Shown here: in pieces, positions 1 through 14,189 of the stretch
How the letters are laid out: the number at the start of each line of letters is the position of its first letter
How positions within the stretch are numbered: the stretch's first letter is position 1
From: Marsupella aquatica
Taxonomy: Eukaryota; Plantae; Marchantiophyta
Length of the DNA: 64,000 nt
Reading direction: 5' to 3'
Assembly (NCBI GenBank): GCA_973895155.1
Contig: OZ316895.1
Location: 16,188,816 to 16,252,815 of the forward strand
The notes under the pieces: model-generated
The model's database searches: none
What the model was told of the DNA's origin: nothing
What the model saw: only the letters and a program-made list of their open reading frames with translations
Translations under genes and position numbers: made by a program

Positions 1-125
1 AAGATTATGCAATCACAACACCGCCACATTGTTGACACTTCCGCAATAAACCGTCATGTTGAAACAAGACCACTTGAACTGCATGAACGACATGGTTGCA
101 ATGAAAAATTAAACACAACACCGCA

Positions 126-265
126 GAGAGAGATACTTGATGGACCCCAAAATGCAAATTGTTTCTTGATGGACCGTTGATAGATCTCAAATCATTGTAC
201 CCAAAATTTCATGGGGTCTATTAAGTAAGACATTTCAATTTAGTGGTCCATCAAGTATATCTCTC
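126..265. repeat. Foldback / small MITE-like inverted repeat
   Basis: gagagatacttgatggacc (~128-146) pairs with ggtccatcaagtatatctctc (~245-265); imperfect pairing continues inward for ~55 bp. Confidence 0.6.
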
Positions 266-961
266 CAACACCCCAACTATGATACAATCACAACCAGAAG
301 ATGGCTACAATTAATAAGTAATAAGATATATATTATATATTGGTCATAATATAATAACCAAATAACCATCATAGAGTCTTCGAGTGTGTAACAGAAAGGT
401 CATCTATTTTGGCACAAAGTTAAAACTACCTGACGTAGCGAAGTAACCAATTATGGGAGACGAATGTTGTTTGGTACAGTAAAAAGTCAATCTATTTCAG
501 GTATAGGCATATGATTCTGCCATATATCGGTTACCACTTTGGGCACTATGACTCACAAACATCGGCATGAATCTTTAGATAGGGTATCGTATCAAATATA
601 TATCACACTGCCAGCTATGAAATAATATCCCACCTCGACACCAAATTGATGATATCTATCAATCGCTTTCACCGGGTGACCGGAATGCTCTGCCTCGGTC
701 ACGAAGGAAAGTACGGTCAAGTACAATTATCGACTGACACCCGGTTACTGTAGATGCCCGCTGGGGTTCATCGTGGACTCCTCTAGGCCTTCCGATGCTT
801 ACTTCGCACCGTTGGATGCTAATTAGGTCAGGCGGTGAACCCCCTTTGGCCCTTTATACATCATTGTATTTACTAATTTTAGTCGACTGAGAGGATCCAA
901 ATCTTGACAAGGCCTTGTGTAAGATTCAGCCTTTGTGTAAGGCTTGGCTGCTCCAAGGATA

Positions 962-1071
962 AAACTTGCAGAGGCACTGTTCTAAAGGGAATGGAGCCTG
1001 GGCAGGTTGCATAACTAAACTTGCAGAGGCACTCTTCTAAAGGGAATGGACCCTGGGCACGTTGCATGACT
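962..1071. repeat. Tandem duplication, 2 x 55 bp
   Basis: aaacttgcagaggcact..ctaaagggaatgga..ctgggca.gttgcat.act at 962-1016 and 1017-1071. Confidence 0.9.
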
Positions 1072-1748
1072 GGTGGAGATTAATTTCATCAAGTAAAAAA
1101 CATGCCTAAACTGTCACTGTCTTCCTGCAAAGTGCCTCTAATTCCCCCCAAAACGAGAATTCTCTAAAGTATTGCCCATAATATAATACTCTAAATAATA
1201 CACTTAAATATCTAAAATACTATTGTTTTTTACTTGTTTTACTAAAGATAGAGACATTCCTCCTAAACAAAAGAGGAGATTGAAATCTTGACAAAGCATT
1301 CTTCTCCAAGAATGCGCTAAACACACTAAGGAAAAAATCTCAAAGGGCAGTGAGTACCATTCTATTAATATATATACTATAATAATAATAAGGCATCTCA
1401 GAACTTGACTATACCAGGATGACATATTTGCCTTACTCAAGAATTATGGAAACTCTCATTAAAGAAGAGCAACAAAACACTTAAATCATTAGCTTTAATC
1501 ATGCTCCTTTAGGGTTAGGCACAAATATAGAAATACCTTGCTCCCACAACCTGAGAGATTAATTAACCCTAAGCCTGCAACTCAGACCCACAGTTGAGTT
1601 CTGAGACACCCTAATCTGCTATCTAAGATTGCTATGCACCTACTCTGCATAGTAAATTCATTGCCATTAATTCTATGGTAGCAATTGTATTTTATGTGTA
1701 GACTATTTTATGTGTAGACTATCAGCGTGAGTATGGACTGGCATAAGG

Positions 1749-1875
1749 GGCAAGAAAACACTTAACAGGACCACTCTGGCATCTCCTGGTCTTAACCAGA
1801 CCCTTGTGAGTAAGATGCCATGAAAACCTGGGCAAGATGGGCAGTAGCAAGGGTCCTGTTAAGTCTTTTCTTGCC
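1749..1875. mobile_element. MITE with ~24-bp TIRs (same family as 53405-53936)
   Basis: ggcaagaaaacacttaacaggacc versus ggtcctgttaagtcttttcttgcc; taagg on both flanks (or a TAA duplication). Confidence 0.75.
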
Positions 1876-2967
1876 TAAGGGGAGCAGTGTTTTATTTGTA
1901 TTTTAGACAGGTGGTACTTATAGCAAGCTGAAAAGCCTCCAGTTCGCAAAAGGTGTGTGCTTAACTTGTACCACCACATTATGATAGTTATATCTATGTA
2001 CAGTCAGATCTGGAATATTAATTTTGGCGAAGAACACTAAAACTTCTTAAAACCTCCTTGTATCAAGTGCACACCTTCAGCCGGTAACAAAATTTTCAAA
2101 TGTAAACACCAACTGGGAGCCCTTCCTGTGCATACCTATTGGTCATCGGACTAGTAGATACTGGAGTTGTTTTAGGAGTGTTGACCTCAACACAGGGGCT
2201 GGCCAAGGCATGAAGGATAAATTTTCTTACTTATTCTACCATAGTGTCATCCCAGTTTGCATAGGACTTGTCTAATTATTTTTCATTTCAGAAATAACTC
2301 AAGTCCAATATATTATGCCCCTGTTATCATATTTAATTTTAAAAAACAATTCAGTGTACATACTTTCCTTGCTTTGATCATTTGATTTTTGGACCCGCCT
2401 AACCAGTTTGGGTTGTTGCAACAAGAATATCTGTCGAATTATATGAATATTCTAGCCATCTTTAAAACAAAGAGAAACCTTAGGCAGACCAGAGAGCCAA
2501 AAGACCCAAGAGTCCCACACTACAGTAAAGTAGTGATGTACTAGTAGTGGTGACCTCAAAACAAGGGATGGGCAAGTCTTTTGTTACTTCTTAATTATTA
2601 GTTTTTCAATCCCCTTTTCCTTTTAGGAAAGACAGAGAAAACCCTAGCCCAGAAAACCAAGCTGCGCAACGGATTGTAGACTTGGGTTGGGGATTTTTCT
2701 CCTTCCTTTTTACATGGCCAAACTGAAGAGCAAAAAGTCCAGAGAAAATTCAGTGGCAGCTGTATAGCCATGGTCTTCTATTGGGACATCCATTCCTTTA
2801 AACTAGATCAGTGACCAAGGGGTGGTCACACGGACTGAATGAAGCCATACTAGCTCCCCCCCTTATCCTTCTCCATGCTCTACATTGACTCTCCTCTGTC
2901 TTCTCCAGAACCATCTTTCTTTTCCCTAGCCGCCTGACCCTCAAGTACCTACTCTCGGATACAACTA

Positions 2968-3351
2968 CACTGTTCACCGTAATTAGTGTGACTAACACTA
3001 ATTTGAGAGCATCAATTTTCAAGGTCTACTCGCAAATTAGTGTTAGTCACACTAATTTGTGCTAACACTCTTTTTGCGCACATGAATTAGTGTTACTGTG
3101 GTCTTAAGAGTGGTAAAATTGAGAGAAAACAATTTTTTTTTTTGAAAAATACACAACAATTAGTGTTATTTTGGACTCAAGATAATCCTTTTTACAAACA
3201 ATTTAAGCTAAAGTGAAAAAAAAACTATTTTGAAAACCAACAAAAATTAGTGTGATTTGGTCTCAAAATCATTTTTACGGAAATTAGTGTTCGTAACACT
3301 AATTATGTACTAACACTAATTCTTTCATAATACTAATTATGGTGAAAACTG
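2968..3351. mobile_element. Tc1/mariner-like MITE with TA duplication and many internal AATTAGTGT motifs
   Basis: TA|cactgttcaccgtaattagtgt ... atactaattatggtgaaaactg|TA; about 10 copies of AATTAGTGT/ACACTAATT in both orientations. Confidence 0.7.
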
Positions 3352-3399
3352 TAGATGATTTTCAGCTCCCATTATTTGGCAGGAGTCCTGTGGGCCATC

Positions 3400-4850
3400 T
3401 AATGCCAATCCCCGATGTTTAAGAATGAGTTTTGGTAAGGGTCCTCAAAGGGCATAATGAGCATGGTTCTTTACCCATCAAGTGGTGCCACAATTGGACT
3501 AGATGGACTGCGGCAGCCTATAATGTCATAGCTTAGCTCCACTCGCTAAGTATTTTCCTTGGGCTTGCCTCAGGGTTTTGATCTATTTCTATTTCTTTGA
3601 TATCATTCCACCAGCTTGTGTTGCTCTTAACACGAGTGACATCCAATCCACAGAGGAAATGGCTGCAGCACACCAAACTACTGTAGAGTGGGCAGTATGA
3701 CTTTCTAAACAATGTACTGGATTGTCTTTCTTCTTGGATTCAATTACTTAGTTCCACTTTGATTCCCTACAGTTCCTTGTCATACAAGTAGGTCCTACTT
3801 AATTTTTTTAGCCTCCTTTCTAACCACTCCAGCAGAATTATATATCACACTTGCGAAGGATAGAACGTCTCTCACATGGAAACAAGATCCCAAAGGCACG
3901 AGACCCAAGAAAAGGAAACAAACAAGGGAAAACCCACGCTATGACCAAAGAGCCCATGCAAGAGTCCCCCACTACTGCAAAGGAAATGAAGTTGTACTCG
4001 ATAGTAAAGTGAAAGGCCGAGTAAAGTTGTACTCAAGTGTTAAGTGAAAAGCATATTAAAGGTCCATATTACGGATATGAGGGTTACAAAGAGGAATTTG
4101 TCAAGAGGTTCAAAAACCAACAGCCTCAGCCTCCGAACAATAGTCAATAATGCATTAGCCTTGTGTAGTGCAACAGACATCCCATGTCTAAAGAGGGTAG
4201 TTGGGGACATAAACTGGGGATAATGCCACTCTTCTTCACAAAAGATTACACGTGCATAAAACCCTACCATAATAATAATGTTGACTGCAGCATGTCAGCA
4301 GCCCCAACAAGTTGTCAAATCAGGGCCTATTTGAGAGAATTTTTACATTGAAAAGCCCCTGGCTAGCTACTCTTTCTCTGGCAAAAAGTCCAACAGGATG
4401 GAGGTGTGATGTAGGTGCTTTGTGTTTCAAAATGAGCGTAGATGCTGGGGACAGGGACATCATGGAGTCGTCAGTTCAATTTGTTTCCATATTGACAGCC
4501 AGCAACTTGGAATGTGAGTAGCAAGGTGATAATCTACAGTCAAAGGGGTCGGGGGGTAGGGGGGTTTCATTTGGGGCATCGTTGGTTATTTTCCTTAGAC
4601 CTTAGGGTAGTTCACCAGGTCTCATTAACTTACTTTGGAGTAACTTTGTCACTGCAAGTCTTGCAAGTGGAATTCCCAACAAATAGAATCAATCACCCTT
4701 CCAAAATACTAGAGGAAGTCACGTTGCTTCTATAGTACATTGGGACGGTGCTTTTATGGTACCTCGGTATATCCCTTGCATGTGAGGCATTTATTCTTAA
4801 TTCTAGAGCTACTCTCGTGGGCCTCATTCCCAAGGGAGGTCTCATATCAC
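3400..4850 (-). mobile_element. Highly decayed L1-like LINE reverse transcriptase fossil
   Basis: Minus strand has a remnant of the GCPLSP motif (reverse complement of ctggggacagggacatc, ~4445-4461); many stops; boundaries approximate. Confidence 0.3.
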
Positions 4851-5089
4851 AGAAGTGTTGCCCTAAAACATAAGAAAGTTCAGTTTTTTAGAGCTATTTT
4901 CTTAACCCTAACTTTATAATTCCAAATTTGATATTAAAAACCCTGTAATTCTTATAATTCTCAACATTGGATTAAAATAGCCCCAATGTTCTTCAACAAA
5001 ACTTTTAAAGTCTTTCGCCCAGTCATATTAAAAAACTCATAACTTACTTGGTCTAGATGGGTCAGAAGAAAATAAGTGAGCAGCCCAAG

Positions 5090-5409
5090 AGGTTACTATG
5101 TAACAGTGGTTGGTCAAACCATAGTCAAGTGTTTGGTTACATTTAGATGCTATATACACTAGCAAAACTTAGTTATCGAGTAGAACTTAGGCTCATTGTT
5201 ACGGAGACAACTGAGGGATAGGAGTTGAAGTGTTTAGTCTATGGAGACTCGATATGGCCAACGGGCTTAGAGGTAAGTAAACTTACTTGTGTGCTCCCGT
5301 GGATAAAGCCTCTGGTGAAATAAATCACATATCTCTTGTGTTGATTATTTGTGTGTTGGATGTTACACATGTGCATGTTGTCTTATGGGTAACATTGTTT
5401 TACTCAACA
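5090..5409 (+). mobile_element. Degenerate LTR-like sequence, diverged direct repeat of 6132-6429
   Basis: Shared blocks gttactatgtaa, ggctcatt.ttac.gagaca, tatggaga, catatgtgcatg and the actcaaca end; the gctcattgt.acggag motif is also in the LTR at 53572. Confidence 0.55.
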
Positions 5410-6131
5410 TGATTGCATGCCTGCTAGTATGTTATGTAATTTGGCTGGTTGCTTTTTAGGTTAGGTTAAATGTTGTTGAAGCTAGTATAGATATTTTGAA
5501 GTAAATGCCACTTCCTAGAGGAACATTGGGGCTGCACTATTAAACCCACCTACGCATTTAAACTGAGGCCCCCCTTCCATGCCGGCCACTGTTCAATCTG
5601 TTTGTTCCTATAGAGGAACTGACCGTAGAAGGTGGATCTGAACCCATATATTGTGATCTCCCTACATGGTACAACTGAAAGTGTGCTCTGCATAATGAGA
5701 GCTATGGGTAACCCGCATCTGTTATAGGGGAAGCTTGGTTTAAAGGCACATTCAACTTGTTTTCATTTCATATTGGCTCCCGTCAGATATTGGCATCTCT
5801 TCAATTTTCAATTCATTTCACTAATTGCTTAATTATATTATGCTTTTAGGTGGGAAAAAATGAACAAAATGGAAATGACTACAATGCTACACGTCACCAC
5901 AATATTTCTTTTCGGCTCCAAGCCAGAGGAGTACGGTACTACAAGCCCTTGTATTATTAATAACTCATATCTGACAAAGCTAGTGACCCACCATTGACTA
6001 GAGAATGTTCAGGGCAACAATCCATCATCAAAGTTTGAACTGAACTACCCTATTGACCCAATTGAATTCAATGAAAATAACTTGAAATCTCTTGGAGAAT
6101 CTTAAGTTGTTTGGCTTTACTTTTATGTGCA

Positions 6132-6429
6132 GAGTTACTATGTAATCATAGTTATTTGAGCCCTAGTCAGGTGCTTGTATGGTTAAATTTGCAACTGCTA
6201 CTTACACTAGTGAGTGTAACTTAAAGGCTCATTATTACAGAGACAGTTGGGAGATATGAAAAGCTTACAATATGGAGAATCAATATTGCTAACAACTTTG
6301 AGTTCAATAAAGCTCGCTCGTGTGTTTTTGTGAGGTGAACCATGTATCTGCTATGTTAACTACTTGTGTATTTGGTGAATATCACATATGTGCATGTAGT
6401 CTTGTGAGTAATGGTTATTTGACTCAACA
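6132..6429 (+). mobile_element. Degenerate LTR-like sequence, diverged direct repeat of 5090-5409
   Basis: Same blocks as the partner; ends gactcaaca; contains a ggtgaacca motif. Confidence 0.55.
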
Positions 6430-7429
6430 TAAATCAACTGACCTTGCTAAACCTCAATTGCTGTCTTGAAAGTTTTTCTCAAAAGTCTGAGATGAATTTG
6501 TGAGAAGAAATACATTTGCAAACAAATCTTTCAGCTCTCTACCTTAGCTTAAAAATATTCCCAAAGGATCTCTTCCAATATAAAGGGTTTTCTCAATTGC
6601 CCTACTGCCCGCCCTACTGACTTAAAGAGATTCCCCTATGGTGTGGGAAACCCAAAAGAAGTTGTGGGGGGGGGGAGGGGCAGAGCCTTTAGAATAGGCA
6701 GCCCCAGAGAACCCCTGGGGGAACCTGCAACAAAGGTCACCAGGCTGGAGCACAAGAGAAAGGGCAGCCAAAGCACGACTATCAAGTGACCAGACCGTGG
6801 AGTAAGATGGACCTAAGTCCAGGACTGCAATTTCAACATTCCCCATATTTTCTTCTTTGAATAGAGCATTACCAGGCAACAGAAGCGCCTAATGCATTAC
6901 TCAACTTAATTCAGCCCATTAAAAAGTTTCAGCAGAATTTTATCGGGCCTTCAGATAGGATCAAGTTTGTCCAAGAGAATACCCTTGCACCTTTTGTTAC
7001 GTTTGCTTCTTGCAAGTGCAATCAAGAAGAGGCTCCTCTATGGGCTGAACCTCAAGTCCGCAAATAATAGATTATTATACCTGCCTCTAATCCTTCACCG
7101 TAGGAATGCGCACAATGTTACTGTGATTTGCAATTAAACTCTGCTGTTCATAGCTAATCCATAGGGTGAAGCCATGTAATTTCTTTGGTATCAAAACCTT
7201 TCTTTGTAATAATCTTGACGAGCCTGAATGCTCATTCTTTGAACGTGAATAGACATCGTGACAAAAATCATCATGCATGTTCATCTATTTTAGATACATA
7301 ATATCTCATCCTTCTTTCCATGGATAACAATTTGGTGGGCTTTAAGGGTTATGCTCCAAAGCCTTCACTCTAGAAGCCTAGGCCCCAACTCTAGGTTCTG
7401 TTCCATTTTATTAGGTGTGTCCCGGCATG

Positions 7430-7670
7430 ATAAGGTTTTGGTATGTATATCTCTGCTACTCCTTTGGGCACCTTGTTGTTATTAACAAAGCATCATACCA
7501 GCCTCCCACCCCTCTAAATAAAAATAAAAGTGGTTCCCCCCCCAAATCCCAAGAGTGAGTGTTTTCTCTTTCCTATGTTGAGAGGGAATTGAACTAGCAA
7601 ATGCCTTGCCAGACCCACCTAATATTTACTTATGAATATGATTAAAATGATGAAAACCCTTAGATCTTTG
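7430..7670. repeat. Dispersed ~240-bp repeat, second copy at ~8550-8770
   Basis: Shared ctcctttgggcaccttgttg, caaagcatc, aaaataaaagtg, ccacctaatatttact, atgaaaaccc..tagatctt. Confidence 0.75.
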
Positions 7671-10600
7671 CTGATTTTCAGGGAGTCCAACTCCCAAACA
7701 CCTATTTTTGAGACAAAGCACCCTAACACCTACTTAATAAATTTTGCACTTCAATAATAAAATATTTAAGAGTGCTGGTGAAACCTCTAAATGACTTTTA
7801 ATGGAGATGTTATGAGCAGTTTGATCTAGAAATTGACTTTGCAATGCATGCATTATATTCTAAAATATCAAATAACAAAAATGATAGAACATGAAATTAG
7901 TTTGGTTACAAGCATTAAGTATTCATATGTAGGGGGTACTCCAACTAGTCAAGCCCTAATTATTCCCCCGTGTTGTTGAGCTTTAGTTTAGGGTTAGCCA
8001 CTAATTATTGAGATTTGGTATGTTCATTAACTAAATTAGTTGAATTCTATGTCGTGCGGACACACATCCATACACAACTCACATCTAAGCAAGAAAAAAG
8101 ATAATCACACGACACACAACACATGTATGCCAAAATCCATGACAATCTCTTGCGAAACGGGACCCCGCCGCAAGGTATCACTAAGTCAAGCCAAACTCAC
8201 CCGCTAGCCATGCGGGACTCCAAGTCAACACATAGCAGAACCCTGCTAATGTCGCTCTACATGCTAACCGGCATACACACTCTCTCACCATAGCCACACT
8301 CACATGAACTTTACTAGTGCCGGGAGGCTCAACTTGGAAGAATGAGGAGCTAATCCCTCATTCTCCAAGATATACCCCCATGACACAAAGGCATGGTAAC
8401 CTGGGTGAAGAGGTCACCCCTACCAGGTGACCTGCTATACCAGGTTATCCTCCCAAACTCACAACACATGTCTGACACATGTGCAACCAACAAAGTTGTA
8501 ACTCAAATGCAACATGGGGTGACATCTAGTAATGCAATGTCATGGTATTGTAAGGGTTTGGTAGGAATATCTCTACTTCTCCTTTGGGCACCTTGTTGGT
8601 ATTGTCAAAGCATCCCACTTTCCAGCCCTTAAAATAAAAGTGATTGGGCCTCCCTTAAGTCCTAGTTGTGAGTGATTTGTTTCTATATTTAGTGAGAGTT
8701 AGGAGAGATAATAAGCGGGATCCACCTAATATTTACTGAGAAATATTATGAAAACCCATTAGATCTTCAAAGATCTGGCCACTCAAACTAGAATTAAATG
8801 TACTTTCTTACAAATTTTGCTCAATAGTTGTTGACCTGGTTTTCTTGGTATCATTTAGAAGGAGATGGAGACTCGGGGGACTCATTCCAAGGGAGGTCCC
8901 ATATCATGTGCACAGTTTTCAAGTGATAAATGCACTAAAGCTTAAAGAAAATGTTTCCTATTGTTTACCCCCTAACTTTAGGGAATATTCCCTAATTTTT
9001 CTTCAACAAAATTTTTAATGTCTTCCTCGATCGCAATTGAATTAAGAAATCATTTTCTTTGGCATGCTATGGGCCAGAAGAAAAGAAGCTCGAAAAGAAA
9101 TGAGAACCCTGGGGATGGAGAAGGGAACAGTAGTGCAGTATTCTGTGATGTATAAAATCAGTGCTAACAGGAGTGAGTATCCTATTGTCATTTTGGCTTG
9201 TGCAAAATCAATTATGATTATTAGAATTTCATACTTGACTACCAAAATTGTGTACTTGACTAAAAAATGTCTGTGTAAACTCTAGCTAATATTAACTCTA
9301 TCAAAAACCCTGATTTCAAATGGTAAAAAAGTAACAAATTCAAGAAGAACATGCATTATGTCCAACTGGGGTGTCCACTCTTCCATTGCGTGACCAATGA
9401 CCTCATCTGAGTTACTTGACTTGACGGCACCTGGAAGCCCCCTCTTGCCATCAACGTTTCATAAGCCTTTGGGGTCTGTCATCACTGTCCCTCTACCAGA
9501 TTTGATTGGAGAGGCTCACTCTTTTCAATGCTGGAGAATTTTGAAAAGAAAGAAGCTGCCAATCCTAAGAGCATCTTGGAGGCAATGGGGTTTTGCTTAT
9601 TGGGTACATTAAATACCAAGTCTGGCTTTGACAAACCCTAATGGACCTTTAAACCCACAGGAGTCACTAATCTTGGGCATCGTAGGGGCAGATAGGGAAG
9701 TCTAATAAATCTTTGTTACAATGAAAGAAATATTTGCAATCATGGTGGCAGTATATTTGGGGGTCTCAAATATTCATTAATTTTGCTCTTCCATAGGATA
9801 GGGCCTTTGCCCTTGACTACTTGACCTGTTAATGACTTCAAGATTTATTGAGTTGGTTTTTTTTCATTGTCTGAATAGCCAGGCTGTGGTGGGGGGAACT
9901 GACTATCGGGAAAAACAAAAGAAATTCCGCTACGTGAGTGTGCAGGCTCGGGAATGGTTATGCCACACACTTTTTAGTCATTTCCTGTGAAAGTGTCAAA
10001 CCTAGACACAGTCAGTCTGGCAGGAAACACCCTGCGGGGCTATATTATTTGAGTCCCCCTACAGGCCGGGTATGTAAATAATATTAGTACACTAACAAGC
10101 CAGCGAAACGTCAGAGGTGATGTACCATTGTAAAGAGAAGCCTAGAGAGAAGCCCTCGGTCAAAGAGTCAAAGCGGCCAAGGGTGGGCCGGCCCCAGTAT
10201 GCTATCGTGCGAGTTCGGTGTTCTGCCCCGGTACATGTTTTCCCTGACGGGCAAGCTGGCTCCGAGTTCCGAGGGACCGACCGACCGACGCTTTTTGGAG
10301 AGCGCGGGCGGCCGGAGGGTTGGTTGCTGTTGCGCTGTGATTCGCTCAGAACGATATCTATCTGGTATCGTTCTCTTGCCTTTTTGATTCACGGCTACAT
10401 AACGCAAATACCCAGCCGGCAAGATATGGTCGGGACGAGCGCATTCGGGCCGTCTGCCGGCAGCCGCCAAGCGATGGTACTGCAGGCATCGAGTCATGGA
10501 CTGATGGACATGCAGAGTGAGGGATGCATGGTATTTTCTTCGTTTTTTTCTCAGATATTTCGAATGCCTCTCTATGCTACATCAGGATGTCGTGTCTCCA

Positions 10601-12545
10601 CGTCATCTAAAAATCTTCTGACGCCAGCCTTCTTTTTGTGGTCATGCTGTCGGACTGCTGGTCCTCTTCGAATCCCGTTTATGTTACTAAATTAGCTCAG
10701 CTCAGCCCGGCCGGGCAGGCGAGCCCAAGGCCGTGAGTTGGGTTGAATGGTAGTGGGGAACTGGATTCCTTGCCTTTCCCATTGTGGCTCAAACTGGTCC
10801 ATCCACGGTGGCCACGGCAGCAGATCGTTGGCTGACCAGGGCGATGAGTTGGGTTCTATGGTGGAGAACTGGGAAATGCGAAAATTTCAGTTTCCAGGGA
10901 CTCTATCCCCAAACGACAGGCCCTCCAGTGCCTCTGGGCATCCTGGCCCTGAGTTCAGCCCGTCCACAGTCGCCACATCAACAGACCTACCGCTGACCAC
11001 CAGTGCCACGCCGAATTGTTCGTCGATAGTGGCTCTAGTGTCCCGGATCTTCTTCATCGGGTTGACTTGCCCGCTGGTTAGAGCCCGGAATAAAAGGGGC
11101 TTTCAATAAAGCTTGCTGTCTGCAGCAGAATGAATGCCGGGCAGACCGACGAAATTTGTGTGGTGATACGCGTCTGGCCCCAAAGTCCATTGCTCTGTGC
11201 TCAGACCAACAAAGTCAGTCGTTCACATCATTCTTACAGGACTTATTTATTATTTACACTGCCATGTCTCATGTCATGTTTCCGGCATGGATTCGTACAT
11301 GATGTCATGAATTAATGTGAATCTTTTTCTATATAATACTGTGAGATGAGATTGGCCACTGCTGCGCTTCTAGTGGGGTAGGTATCGATGGGCAGTTGCC
11401 GTACTGGATTTACAGGCAGGCAGGCAGACAAAAGGGACGGGCCCGGAAGCCCGAGATGGAAGGAGGTCACTGGAGAACGGTCAGCCAATCAAACGACGGA
11501 GACATAGGAGCGGGAGAAAGGACAAAATAATGGGAGAAGGGGCCTGAAGGGAGAGATGCACGTGAGATCGGACGGGCAGTCGGCGCTGGGCAAACGATCC
11601 TGCCCGTGAATCCCCTACCTTTCAACACGAGCAGTCTCTTTCGTGAATCGTGATGTTACCGCAGTGGTCACTGTTACCACAGCTTTTCCTTTCGTTACGT
11701 TGTACGGTAGAAGTATCTGAGTTATTTAGTGCAAAATATTAACATGCCATATATGTATTTCTTTTGTCTCGGACAAAGTTTTTATTGAAAATATAATAGC
11801 ACATTAATTAATTAATTAAGCTACTGGACTCTTTCCAAACAAATATAAATATCACCATGTTTTAGAAAACAAAATCCTAGGAGTTACTTTGTGCCTGCAG
11901 CATTTTGTGTGAATTGCAGAATTTTAGCGTGCAAACCAACATGGAGCAGTCCAGGCACAGGAAACATCCTGGAAAAAGCTTGTTTCGGGCTCATCTGTCA
12001 ATCAAAGAAAACAAGAGAAAAACCAGGAAGACCCTCATTCTAGCTCAGATTTATAAGCTTGTGTGGGATTACCTTTTTTGTAGAATACATTCACATTTAT
12101 TTGGGATAAGAAAACTTAATTTCCATTCAGAGAGCTTTTTGATATTTGGTGGGAGTTTAGAGTTTTGGAGGGAGATACCATCTCAACTTATGACTTCACA
12201 TCCATAAAAGATATATCTTTTTCTGTCTTGAGTACAGTTTTTACTTAGCAATGCTATGCAAATCATAAAGACTACAGTAGACAACCCGCCAAGCATGAGT
12301 CAGCCATGGAGCAACGCGAAATCAGACCCGTCTCGTTGGATGTATATCATCACGAAGAGTACATCAAATAGACACCAAAACCAAGAGACCAGGTCCCACT
12401 AAAGGTTGACCTAAACCAAGAAACCAGGTCCCAGTTACGGCAAACTATTGAGAGCCTAAAGCTTTGTACGGCCAACAACTACAACCAATGGAGACCCGAC
12501 AAACCCCTATTCTGGACTAAACTCAAAAACCTACACCACTCAGGG

Positions 12546-13232
12546 TATTTTTTTGGCCTTAAAACCAAAAGCAGGCCCATTGAAGAGAGGATATACATCC
12601 TGCTCTAGAGCATGCGATTCTATGTTGGGTAGCCACAAGGGGACAATACCCAGGGATCCGACAAGGACCCAGACCAGGAGGGACAGGATGTTAAACCAGG
12701 GCCCCAATATGGGGAACCAGGGGTTGAAGAGATAACCAATATTCCCACTACCATCTTCCCTCGAACACAATGCCATGGCCTTGGATTGGAATAGTGCGCC
12801 CAGGGTGTTGTGTTCAATTTTGACTATGTCTTTTCATTGTTTGTATATGCAGGGTGTTGTGTTTGAAAATAGGCGTTGTGTTTGAATGTTGGCATTGGCA
12901 TATGATTCTTGAATCTTTTACTATTTGTTCTCAATGTAGAACAGTTTAGTGTCCAACTTGAACACAACGTCAAAATTCAAACACAACACCCAGGCGCCCA
13001 CCCAGGTGCTGTGTCAAAATGACCTTATGTTTGGAGAAAAAATCTTTTTTCTTATGGAGACCTAAACAAAATCATTTTGGAACACAACACCCAGGCACGG
13101 GGTTTGGGGATAGTACACCCCACCCACACATATATCCTTCCTGCACCCTTGCATGTGGAGGGGGGATAGAACCTCAGACCATTAGGTTCTAGTCTCATCC
13201 CCTGGCCAACTGACCACTCAAGTGTATTGGTT
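12546..13232 (-). mobile_element. tRNA-derived SINE (family of 62616-62917) interrupted by a MITE-like insertion
   Basis: Reverse complement of 13110-13232 aligns to the SINE head (ggtca.ttggc.aggggat, ggtt.tatccccctccaca); reverse complement of 12620-12730 aligns to the body (cccctggtt.ccca, ggccctg.tttaa, gggtcc.tgtc). Confidence 0.65.
12796..12997. mobile_element. MITE with ~29-bp TIRs and GTGTTGTGTT subterminal motifs
   Basis: gcgcccagggtgttgtgttcaattttgac versus gtcaaaattcaaacacaacacccaggcgc; more motif copies continue to ~13098. Confidence 0.65.
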
Positions 13233-14189
13233 TTGGAATCTATAGCAATTAGTAAGAGTGAATTAGTGTGAAAAGTCCTTTTCGCACTAATTCAACCATG
13301 CTAGATTTGGCATACCTCGGTCAGCCACCTTCTTTCCGTTGGTCAGAAAACAATTCTTAAACTGCATGGAATTTTGTTATTTAGCTAGGTAGCACTCATT
13401 TATGATTGTGGTCTACAATTTAGTGTGGTTGTAAAGTGCAAAGCAAAGAGGAAAAAAATCGCTGTTACTAGAAAAAACTCCTCATCACACCATGTTTTTT
13501 TTCTAATGCGAGCAAACAACACCACTTTGCTAGCCAACTTAGTCCCTTGCTAGCCAACTTAGTCCCTGGCTAGCCAAAACCTATATATATTTTCTTTAAC
13601 TTTTTTGCCATTTTCTTGTATAGCCTAATTTTGGAACTACTCTTTTAGCCAACAAACTTGCTAGCCATAGAGAGTCTTAGAAATGCACTAGAACACAAAA
13701 GTCAGCAAAAGTCAAAGGCATTAAGTGAAATTTCCTCCAAAGTGGGAATATACAAACTTTCTACAGAAAAGGATCAAATAGAGTACAAAAGAACAAACTA
13801 AAGAGGGTCCAAATGGACAAAACCAAACTTAAAAGAAGTGAGCAATAGGGAACCTCTAAAAACCAAGAAAGGGAAACTACAATGTTTATAAAACAGGGAA
13901 AAAAACAAAGTACAATGAAAGGAAATAAAGTGGTACAAAGAAAAAGAGGTCCAAAGAGGACTAACACCAAACAAGGGAAAAAAAAGCAAGTGCAAACCTA
14001 AAAAGTGAAGAAAATAAAGAGAAGAGTGTCAAAAAGTGTATGAGTGCCAATTCAAGGACTAGTGTCCACATTGGAAAATGCGACAAAAGCTAATAGGCCA
14101 CATCCAACGCCCTAACTAAATTAGCAAGTGGGACAGGAATGTCCTCTAGGGGGGCTAGCATCTACCTAGGCACGGTGGTGCCCACTATG

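Noticed and set aside
10117-10695. 192-aa ORF and other 100-180 aa ORFs at 27412-28122 and 36463-38509
   Set aside because: No recognisable motifs, overlapping frames on both strands, and expected by chance in GC-rich DNA
11530-11560. Weak resemblance to a miR477-like sequence on the minus strand
   Set aside because: Too many mismatches and no convincing complementary arm seen
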